The translations under genes were made by a program, and so were the position numbers. A DNA stretch of 64,000 bases. Origin: a virus. How positions within the stretch are numbered: position 1 is the stretch's first letter; the number at the start of each line of letters is the position of its first letter. Location: positions 2,637 through 66,636 of the IMG/VR virus record IMGVR_UViG_3300044837_000078. One strand, given 5' to 3'. The notes below the pieces were generated by a model. That model saw only the letters and a list, made by a program, of their open reading frames with translations. It was not told where the DNA came from and ran no database searches. Of the stretch, positions 29,338 through 37,172 are shown piece by piece.

Positions 29338-29771
29338 GCGCCGAGCGCAACGAAGTCATGTGGTGCGTCGATTGTGGCGCTCGCTTCACCCAAGAAGAGA
29401 TCAAGGGCTGGGGCTGTCCGAAGTGCGGCAGTCGTGGCGTTCCATGCGGCTGCGACAAAGATACGAGTGTAGAGATCAACTGGCACGAGCTGCGCATTCT
29501 TGTCATCTGGGCCGAACAATGGGCCCGAAAAGCGAGCGGTGACAGTTCGAAAACGATGCCTGATACAGTTCATGCGATTGCGAGGCGCCTGCAGAGCCAG
29601 CATCCGGATTTCGGTCACCTTACACTGTCCGGCGAAATCGCCTCGCTGCCAGCCGATCTTGCGAAGGCTGGTATTGAGATCGGTTCCGTTGAAACCAGCA
29701 TTCCGAAGCCCGGCTTGCTGCCCGTCAATGGTCCCGGCGCCGTGGGACATTCTGCGCGGGAGCGGTCATGA
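29334..29771 (+). CDS. Zinc-ribbon hypothetical protein
   Basis: CVDC...CPKC. Confidence 0.6.
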   Translation: MSAERNEVMWCVDCGARFTQEEIKGWGCPKCGSRGVPCGCDKDTSVEINWHELRILVIWAEQWARKASGDSSKTMPDTVHAIARRLQSQHPDFGHLTLSGEIASLPADLAKAGIEIGSVETSIPKPGLLPVNGPGAVGHSARERS

Positions 29772-30139
29772 CAACCCACGCCGACCGCCTAAAGGCCTCC
29801 CACCGCGGCGCGCAACTGGCGGCACCGGCGAGCGCGTCGCGGCTCGCCTCGCTCGAATACCACAAGCTGCGATACGAGATGCTCGACGACGGAACGGTGC
29901 TGGTTGAAGGCGAGTTCGTTTTCAATCTCGCGGCCAGCCATTGGCGATCGAACAAGCACAGCGACTGCCATGGCTATACTGTCGTTGGCTTGGCTGGAGC
30001 GATCAAACAACGAACGCCTGAGAAACCCGCCGCGGGCAGGGACAACATGCAGGTCGAACTGGAGACCACTGAATCACATCAGCACGTCGAGTCCGCGGCG
30101 GGCCCCAATACGGTTCTGCCGATGAGCAAGTGGCCATGA
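29768..30139 (+). CDS. Hypothetical protein upstream of the TIGR-like locus
   Basis: ATGA-coupled on both sides. Confidence 0.5.
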   Translation: MTTHADRLKASHRGAQLAAPASASRLASLEYHKLRYEMLDDGTVLVEGEFVFNLAASHWRSNKHSDCHGYTVVGLAGAIKQRTPEKPAAGRDNMQVELETTESHQHVESAAGPNTVLPMSKWP

Positions 30140-30864
30140 GCAAGGAACCAACTGCCATCGGCGATGCTCTCGCGGCGCTTGGTCTCAATCGCTCTGAATA
30201 TGAGTTTGCCGCCGCTATATCGAAACTGTGGAATAGTGGGGTTACAGCCGAACGCGGGCGCGTAATTTACGAAACGCTTGCCGAAAGAATGCCGGGGAAG
30301 GGCCAGGAAGATTTTGCCAGCGATGGCCAGAAGTTGGATGCCAAGCCCCGGCAACCAATGCCGGACATCAGCCAGAGCAACCGTGCCAGCGATGGCCATC
30401 GATCAGATGCTGACAGTCCGGCGCCTATTGAAGATGATGGGGCCAATGAGCACAAGCCTCTAGGCCACGGGCCGGATGCCCCGTCATCTTCGCCCGCTCG
30501 CGGCGGGGAGGGCCAGAGTGCGCATGCTCAAGACCGCCGAATCGGTGTTGCTCTTCCCGCCGCGACACCCGCGCGAGAGCCATCTCCGACCTACCTGAAA
30601 GCCGCCGGCGACTCTCGCAGAGAAACCGCCCGCAGCATTCTCTACAGGTACAAGACAAGCACCGGCGCATGGTGGGGAGATGTCCACCCCTACGAAGTCA
30701 GCGGTATGACGCGCGACAGCATTCGCGGCCTGGCCATCATGTCAACTTTAGGTCCTCTCAACTCCAAGCAAATGAACATGACGTTCGATCAGTTGCTCAC
30801 ACCAGAGCAAGCGCAAATCGCTATGGAAAAGGCAGACAAGGAACTCGCGAATGTCGCACAGTGA
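30136..30864 (+). CDS. Tas-associated hypothetical protein whose central low-complexity region is encoded by the guide array
   Basis: Coupled to both neighbours; protein-like N- and C-termini flank array units 1-4. Confidence 0.6.
   Translation: MSKEPTAIGDALAALGLNRSEYEFAAAISKLWNSGVTAERGRVIYETLAERMPGKGQEDFASDGQKLDAKPRQPMPDISQSNRASDGHRSDADSPAPIEDDGANEHKPLGHGPDAPSSSPARGGEGQSAHAQDRRIGVALPAATPAREPSPTYLKAAGDSRRETARSILYRYKTSTGAWWGDVHPYEVSGMTRDSIRGLAIMSTLGPLNSKQMNMTFDQLLTPEQAQIAMEKADKELANVAQ
30290..30564 (+). ncRNA. TIGR-like stem-loop guide RNA array, units 1-4
   Basis: Four units about 70 nt apart: closing stem-GCCA-9 nt-(T/A)GC loop GCC(A/G)-9 nt-TGC-closing stem. Spacer pairs: GGAAGATTT/GAAGTTGGA, GAGCAACCG/TCGATCAGA, ATGAGCACA/CGGGCCGGA, GAGTGCGCA/AATCGGTGT. 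Confidence 0.85.
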
Positions 30865-31777
30865 AATCATCGATCTAATCCGCGCGAAGCATCGAGAGCG
30901 TTGCTTCGCTATGGATCAGCGCAAGCGGCTTGATCTCGCGCTCGGGGCGTTTTTGCGCCTCATGATGGGCTGGCGCAAAGACCTCCCCGAAGCTGAGCGG
31001 AAGGCGATCGCAGCGGAGGTGTCCGGCATGATGGACGATGGCGGCGGTCCCTGGGCGGAAGTCATCGCGGCCTCACGCATAGGCAGCGCGCCATTCGAAA
31101 AAATCGAGGGCGACGCCAAGAAGGAAATGGCGCGACTCGCCAAGCAACTGCCAGCCTGGGAAACGTTCGGCACTAAACACCGCGGTTTCGGCGAGGTCTC
31201 GCTTGCTGTGATTATTGCCGAAGCTGGCGACTTGTCGAACTATGCGACGCATTCGAAGCTGTGGCGTCGCATGGGCATGGCTCCTTATTCCAGGGAGGGG
31301 GTTACGAAGTCAGGCAAGCAGTGGCGAGTAGAAGGCGGACTCAGTGACAAGGATTGGACCGCTTTCGGTTACAGCCCAAAGCGGCGAAGTGCGATGTATG
31401 TGATCGAGGATTCGCTCTACAGGCAGCAAGGGTTCTACCGCGAAGTTTACCTGAAGCGGAAGGAGTATCTTCGAAGCCGCGCCGCGCGGAACGGACTTGC
31501 GGTCGCGCCTTCCGCCAAGATTCCAGCGAAGAGCCGTGATGAGTTCGTATCGCTCGGCCACATCGATCAAGACGCAAAACGATACATGGGAAAGCGCCTT
31601 CTGCGCGATTTGTGGAAGGCGTGGCGGCGGGCCATCACCGCGGTGGCTGAAAAGTCCGGATCGCGATTGCCCGCCGACGAAATCTCGCCGAAGGGCGAGG
31701 GGGAGGCCACCTGCGGTGGGCCTAAACAGGCCAGAGAAGCATTGCCTCTCCGTCAATTCATGGATGCCGCCGAGTGA
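30851..31777 (+). CDS. TasA-like Nop/IS110-derived RNA-binding protein with no nuclease domain
   Basis: GFGEVSLAVIIAEAGDLSNYATHSKLWRRMGMAP (IS110 Transposase_20/Nop-like), YSPKRRS, GHIDQDAKRYMGKRLLRDLWKAWR. Coiled-coil N-terminus; no DEDD RuvC or HNH motif; flanked by the arrays. Confidence 0.8.
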   Translation: MSHSEIIDLIRAKHRERCFAMDQRKRLDLALGAFLRLMMGWRKDLPEAERKAIAAEVSGMMDDGGGPWAEVIAASRIGSAPFEKIEGDAKKEMARLAKQLPAWETFGTKHRGFGEVSLAVIIAEAGDLSNYATHSKLWRRMGMAPYSREGVTKSGKQWRVEGGLSDKDWTAFGYSPKRRSAMYVIEDSLYRQQGFYREVYLKRKEYLRSRAARNGLAVAPSAKIPAKSRDEFVSLGHIDQDAKRYMGKRLLRDLWKAWRRAITAVAEKSGSRLPADEISPKGEGEATCGGPKQAREALPLRQFMDAAE

Positions 31778-31891
31778 GGCGGCGGTGTCGGCCAGTCTGC
31801 ATGCGCCGAAAGGCCAAGGCGTGGTTGCCGACACCTTCAATTCGCTGGCCAGTCCATCGTTGTCGAAAAACCATATCGGCACTGCCAGCGA
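31625..31891 (+). ncRNA. TIGR-like stem-loop guide RNA array, units 5-8
   Basis: Same architecture. Spacer pairs: TCACCGCGG/GATCGCGAT, CCTGCGGTG/GAGAAGCAT, GTCTGCATG/AGGCGTGGT, GTCCATCGT/TATCGGCAC. Followed by the hairpin CCTCTCCGG-GAAA-CCGGGGAGG (31892-913). Confidence 0.85.
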
Positions 31892-31940
31892 CCTCTCCGG
31901 GAAACCGGGGAGGACAAACAAGGAAGGAAGCGGTGACGCG

Positions 31941-32780
31941 ATGACCAGAGACGAGGCTTACAACATTGTTTGCAGGGCGTTCGATACGACCGACCAAAAT
32001 GGCCACTTCCGGACCAACCCGCGGATGCTGGTGGAAACTTTCGTTTCGCTCGGAATACTTAAACTCGATGAGCCGAAGAATTTGAAAGATCGCCTTCGAT
32101 GCGTCCTTGAGCCGCCGGGATATTTTCGATCGCCGGATGATTTTATGCGGGCGCTTGATGCGGTGCATCTCAAGATCGTGGAGAAATAACATGCCGCTGT
32201 CCCGCCGCTCGCTTCTCACCGCGCTTGCGTCTCTCACCGGCTTTGCGGTCGCGGGGAGGGCGAGCACTGCGCCAGTGGTTGAGCCCGTGATCGAGCGGGA
32301 GCTCGCTGGGCTACCTGTCTTTGCAGCGGCTCGTGGCGAGACCGTCAATATCACTGTCCGCGCCGGTGTCAGTGCCGCCGCCTTTAGAAGATCGCGGGCG
32401 CAGATCATGAAGGAATTGCAGCGCCGGAAAATAGATGACGACAATGCGGATGGAATGGAGCCAGCATGATCATGCCCGCCGCCCGCCGCTATTCCACCAG
32501 CCGCGCCGCTTCGCTGCAGCCGGAGATCGTGGCCTCGCTCTCCGATGACGAGTGGCGCAACATCACGGCGATCTGCGCAAAGCTCCATCGCTCCAGCGAC
32601 GACGCCGAAGTGGCGGCCGAGATCGCGGCCGATGCCGCCGCATACGGCAAGCTGCTCGCGGCCGGCGATGACCGCGGCTGTCTTGAGATCGAGCAGAAGT
32701 ACGGCCTGACAGGTCTGCCGCCGCAACAGGTCTCCGAGCAGCTGGCGGAAATGTCGAAGCCGGAAGGTGGTGGGGCGTGA
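31941..32780 (+). CDS. Three hypothetical genes (31941-32189, 32191-32469, 32466-32780)
   Basis: Coupled ORFs; the second begins with a Tat-like SRRSLL signal. Confidence 0.55.
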
Positions 32781-34507
32781 AGCAACCTATCCCGGATGCT
32801 GCGCTTGATGATCGACTCGGCTTTGTCGGCACCGCCGGCAGTGGCAAGAGCTACAACGCGATGGGCCGCGTCGAGCGGCTGCTGGAGCGCAAGGCCCGCG
32901 TCGCTATCGTTGACCCGCTTGGTGTGTTTTGGGGCTTGCGCCTCTACGCGGACGGCAAGACGAAGTCCGGTTTCGATATCCCGATCTTCGGCGGCCCGCA
33001 TGGCGATCTGCCGCTGACCGAACATTCCGGCGCCTTGATCGGCGAGACGGCGGCCGGCATGGCAGAAAGCTGCATCATCGATTTGAGCGAGATAGGCACC
33101 AAGGCCGGCGAGCGACGGTTCATGCTGCATTTCCTTACCGCGCTTTATCGCAAGGCCAGCGGTGAGCCGCTGCATCTCGTCATCGACGAGGCAGATATGT
33201 TTGCGCCGCAAAAACTCACAGACAAGGATGGCGAGGCGGCAAAGCTGCTCGGCATGATGGAGACGGTTGTTCGCCGTGGTCGCATCAAAGGATTTATCCC
33301 GTGGCTGCTTACTCAGCGTCCGGCCGTCATCGCGAAGGATGTCCTGAGCCAGGTCGACGGTCTTGTCGCGTTCAAACTGACCAGTTCGCAGGATCGCAAC
33401 GCGCTCGGCGCATGGGTCGAGGGCACGGCCGATAATAATGACTGGCCTGAGATGAAGGCCAAGCTGCCATCCATGGAGCGCGGGCAGGGCGTCGTCTGGA
33501 TTCCAGGTCGCGGCATTCTTGAGACTGTCAGCTTTCCGGAAAAGATCACGTTCGATTCATCTCGCACCCCGAAGCGTGGCGAGAAGAAATCGACCGCGGC
33601 TTTGACGCCGCTAGACCTCGGCAAGCTAAAGGACAGGCTTGCCGCAGTTGATGCCGAGACCAAGGCCAACGATCCGAAGGCGCTCAAGGCCGAGATCGCC
33701 GCTTTACGCAAAGAAGTGACCGCAAAAGCCCTGATTGCGCAAAACGCGGCTCCGGACCCGAGGGCCATTCGGGACGCGGAGGTTCGCGGACTGGAGGAAG
33801 GCTTCGTGGCCGCCATGCGCTTGCAAGCGAAGGCAATCGAGGCAATATCCATTCCGCTCAATTCCGCTGCCGGTGAACTGTCCGCGTGGAACAAGCGTCT
33901 TTCCGAAAGTGTGCCTGTTCGTCCATCGGGCTCGCCACCTTCGCAGGCATTCAACCTTTCCCCTGCGAAGCTCACAGCCCCGGCGCGGGAGGCCGTTCGC
34001 GCGGCACCGCGCAAGCCAATGCCGGCGGCGAGCGGCAACGGCGCCTGGAATTCTCCGCAACGGCGCGTGCTGGACTCACTCGCATTCTGGCGCACCATCG
34101 GCCACGAAATGCCGAGCCGCGAACAGGTCGCGTCCGTTGCCGGTTATTCGCCGGGATCGGGCAACTTCAACAATCTGCTCGGCGGGTTAAGGGCACACGG
34201 CGCGATCGATTACCCGGCGACAGGCTCGGTTGCGCTCGCGATCGATCATGAGAGCAACATGGACGCGGACGACGCCCGCCGGATGCTCGACAAAATCCTG
34301 ACCGGGCCGCAGCAGAAAATCCTCGAAGCGATGCGCTCGCTCGGAAGTCACGCCTCGCGCGAACAGATCGCGGAGGCCAGCGGCTACAGCGCTGGCAGCG
34401 GCAATTTCAATAACCTGCTTGGGCAGCTTCGAACGCTTTGCGTGATCGACTATCCGCGCACGGGCGAGGCTCAGATTACAGATTGGGCGGGGCAGGTGCT
34501 GGGATGA
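32777..34507 (+). CDS. HerA/FtsK-like (DUF87) ATPase with a duplicated C-terminal winged-helix-like module
   Basis: Walker A GTAGSGKS, IVDPLG, Walker B LVIDEAD, RGR..G, TQRPA; two SREQ.A...GYS.GSGNFNNLLG.LR...IDYP repeats. Confidence 0.85.
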   Translation: MKQPIPDAALDDRLGFVGTAGSGKSYNAMGRVERLLERKARVAIVDPLGVFWGLRLYADGKTKSGFDIPIFGGPHGDLPLTEHSGALIGETAAGMAESCIIDLSEIGTKAGERRFMLHFLTALYRKASGEPLHLVIDEADMFAPQKLTDKDGEAAKLLGMMETVVRRGRIKGFIPWLLTQRPAVIAKDVLSQVDGLVAFKLTSSQDRNALGAWVEGTADNNDWPEMKAKLPSMERGQGVVWIPGRGILETVSFPEKITFDSSRTPKRGEKKSTAALTPLDLGKLKDRLAAVDAETKANDPKALKAEIAALRKEVTAKALIAQNAAPDPRAIRDAEVRGLEEGFVAAMRLQAKAIEAISIPLNSAAGELSAWNKRLSESVPVRPSGSPPSQAFNLSPAKLTAPAREAVRAAPRKPMPAASGNGAWNSPQRRVLDSLAFWRTIGHEMPSREQVASVAGYSPGSGNFNNLLGGLRAHGAIDYPATGSVALAIDHESNMDADDARRMLDKILTGPQQKILEAMRSLGSHASREQIAEASGYSAGSGNFNNLLGQLRTLCVIDYPRTGEAQITDWAGQVLG

Positions 34508-34779
34508 AAAACAAACTCACCGACCTCAACGATCATCTATTCGCGCAGCTGGAGCGACTGTCAGACGAGCAGCTGACGCCGGAGCAGGTCGACAAAGAGG
34601 CCAAGCGCGGCAAGGCCATCGTTGCTGTCGCGGATCAGATCGTCAAGAACGCTAGCCTCCAGGTGCAGGCGGCAAGACTCGTCTCGGAAAAGGGCGCGAT
34701 CAGACCGCATCTGCCCTCGGTTCTCGGAGATTTGATTGAGGCGCCGCGCCCGAAGCTTATCGAGGCGAAAACCCAATGA
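34504..34779 (+). CDS. Conserved phage protein, commonly paired with an HNH gene
   Basis: MKNKLTDLNDHLFAQLERL. Confidence 0.75.
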   Translation: MKNKLTDLNDHLFAQLERLSDEQLTPEQVDKEAKRGKAIVAVADQIVKNASLQVQAARLVSEKGAIRPHLPSVLGDLIEAPRPKLIEAKTQ

Positions 34780-35612
34780 AGCGCATGCGCATCAACTGGC
34801 GGCCGCGCGAGCTGACCTGGATCAAGCGCCGCAGGAAGTGGGAGCGGCGCAAGCTGCACGCCGCGTTCGTGAAACACTTCCGTCGGCACCGCGACGTACC
34901 TTTTGGGACGTTCAAGTCGCTCTGCGCTCGTGCAGGCTGGTGGACCGGCCGGAAGAGCGGCCGAACTCCGGGCTACTTGCTGGCGTACACCAAGCCCGAA
35001 CTTACGTGGATCAAGCGCCGGCGCGCCATGCCACGGCGCGAACTCCATGCCGCATTCATCGCCGCATTTCCCAACCACACCATCTCGCTCAATGGGTTCA
35101 GACAGCTCTGCAAGGCCAAGGGGGTTATGACGGGTCGAGATGGTCGTCTGGTGAAGGGCAATATCCCCGCCAACAAGGGCAAGAAGATGCCCTTCAATGC
35201 GAACTCGGCGCGCACCAGGTTCAAGAAAGGCGACCTGCCCGCCAACACGAAATACGCCGGTCACGAGCGCATATCCAAAGACGGTTATGTCGAGATCAGC
35301 GTCCAGCAGATCAATCCGCACACGGGCTTTGAGCGTCGTCACGTCCTCAAGCACCGCTGGTTGTGGGAGCAGAAGCACGGTCCGGTCCCCGAAGGCATGT
35401 GTCTCAAGTGCAAGGGCGACCGGCTCAACACTGATCCTTCGAACTGGGAGTTGATCCAGCGCGCTCTATTGCCGCGATTGAACAGCCGTTGGGGAAAACG
35501 CCGCTACGACCAGGCGCCTTCTGAAGTGAGACCGACGATCATGGCTATCGCAAAGCTGGAGCAGCGGCTGCGCGAAAAGCCCCGCAACCAACAATCCGCA
35601 AAACAGGAGTAA
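34776..35612 (+). CDS. HNH endonuclease-like protein with N-terminal repeats
   Basis: KGNIPANKG, FKKG..P.N, G.ER...DGY, KHR.LWE...GPVP.G...D.SN.ELI; two ELTWIKRRR...LHAAF repeats. Confidence 0.8.
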   Translation: MKRMRINWRPRELTWIKRRRKWERRKLHAAFVKHFRRHRDVPFGTFKSLCARAGWWTGRKSGRTPGYLLAYTKPELTWIKRRRAMPRRELHAAFIAAFPNHTISLNGFRQLCKAKGVMTGRDGRLVKGNIPANKGKKMPFNANSARTRFKKGDLPANTKYAGHERISKDGYVEISVQQINPHTGFERRHVLKHRWLWEQKHGPVPEGMCLKCKGDRLNTDPSNWELIQRALLPRLNSRWGKRRYDQAPSEVRPTIMAIAKLEQRLREKPRNQQSAKQE

Positions 35613-35617
35613 CCACC

Positions 35618-36247
35618 ATGCAGATCATCGAAGCCAAGCTTTCCGGTTTGAAGATCGACCCCGCCAACGTCCGGCAAACCGACAAGGCGCCTGACGAAGG
35701 ACTACTCGCCTCAATCCGCGCCAAGGGGATGCTCTCGCCACTCACGGTGAGGAAGAACGGTGGCGCCGGCTACTACGTCACCGACGGCGACAAGCGTCTC
35801 GCGGCGCTGCATATCCTGGCTCGCGACGGCGACTTCGACAAGACAAAGCCGATTCAGTGCGCGTTGAGCGATGATGATGCAGCGGCCGCCGCCGATACCA
35901 GCCTGACGCTGAACTTCATCCGCGAGGACATGCACCCGGTCGACGTCTCCGAGGCGTTCGCGCAGCTTGAGAAGGCTGCGGTCTCCGGCGAGCGCTGCCC
36001 GATCACCGGCACGAACGGATTGACGAGCAACCTGACCGGGGCTCTGGCCCGCGCCGGTCAAATCAGGATCGACGTCTATCCGCATAACTGGCGCGTCGTC
36101 ACGATCATGTGCGGCCCGCATGCCGGCAATGCAACCGCGCCGCCGAAGAACAAGGACTAGCGACCGTATCTCACCATCGAAAAGGGATCGGCGCCGAAAA
36201 AGCAATATACGCGCGACTACCTTCAGACGACCCGCGCCGGAAAGTAA
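35618..36247 (+). pseudogene. Truncated ParB-N fusion with an in-frame amber stop
   Basis: NVR.....L.ASI...G.L.PL.V, DG.KRL.AL, N..RE.MHPVD. The frame continues past the TAG at 36158-60 for 28 codons to a TAA. Confidence 0.55.
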
Positions 36248-36786
36248 ATGATGTCTCACCCTAAGTCACTCAAGCCCATGCTTCGCCGAGCAGCGCCGCC
36301 GATGAAGCCATGCAATCTCGTCAGCCGGATGCGGCGGATCCGATGGGAGCTGGCGATCACCCAGGATCGCACCCGCGACCCTGCGGTCGCCGACGAACTG
36401 GCAAGGTTGGTGCAGCAAACCGATGAGGCGATCGGGCGGATCGAGATCAAGCATCAGAGGCGGGCCGAGACATGAGCCATCTCGCCGCGATTATCATCAG
36501 CTTCTTTGTGTGGCCGTTCACCGCCATGTGGCGGGCTTACGTCATCATTGTTCTGTGGGGCTGGTTTGTCGTGCCGGCCACCTCTATCCAGGCGCCGTCT
36601 ATTTATTTGGTCGTCGGCATGATGATGACGCTGCACATGATGCTGCCCTACCCGCGATACCCGAAAGAAGAAGGCGACGCCCTCGCAAATTATTTGAGCA
36701 ATTTGATCGTCTATGGCGGATTGGCGCCTGCGGCGTTTCTGGGACTCGGCTGGGTTTGGAAATGGCTGCAATGGGGGGTGGTATGA
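36248..36786 (+). CDS. Two hypothetical genes (36248-36475; membrane protein 36472-36786)
   Basis: Coupled ORFs; the second has about three hydrophobic segments. Confidence 0.55.
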
Positions 36787-37172
36787 ACGAAGTTCGCGTA
36801 CTCCCTGAGTGGATCGGAAAATCGCCGAATAGCGCCGTTCCGCCGCGGGTGCGCTTGCGCGTGTTCGATCGATACAGCGGTCGTTGCTGCTGCGGCTGCA
36901 ACCGAAAAATCCGTGCTGGCGAGCGCTGGGATTGCGAAGATACCATCGCGATCATCAACGGCGGACAGCGGCGGGAAAACAACCTCAAGCCCTGGCTTGC
37001 CGCGCATCATCCGAAAAAGACCAAGCTGGATGTTGCCGAGAAATCCCGCGTCTATCGCAAGCGCGCGAAGCACTTAGGGATCACCGGACCAAAGCAAAAG
37101 ATCGCATCGCGCGGATTTGCCAAACGCCCGCCGCAACGAACTGCCAGCAGGCCATTGGAGAGACGGACTTGA
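36783..37172 (+). CDS. Small HNH-like protein, degenerate active site
   Basis: EWIGK.....VPPRVRLRVF....GRC..C, NGG...ENNL....HH..KT; CEDT in place of the usual DH. Confidence 0.65.
   Translation: MNEVRVLPEWIGKSPNSAVPPRVRLRVFDRYSGRCCCGCNRKIRAGERWDCEDTIAIINGGQRRENNLKPWLAAHHPKKTKLDVAEKSRVYRKRAKHLGITGPKQKIASRGFAKRPPQRTASRPLERRT

Noticed and set aside
30851-31777. IS110/IS116 transposase of an insertion sequence
   Set aside because: There is no N-terminal DEDD RuvC-like domain, the gene is coupled within a phage operon, and it is flanked by multiple dual-spacer units rather than IS ends.
30290-31891. CRISPR array
   Set aside because: No identical 23-47 nt repeats, spacers are paired 9-mers, and no cas genes are present.
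34790-35110. Tandem DNA repeat as a possible non-coding array
   Set aside because: Explained by two in-frame protein repeats in the HNH gene.
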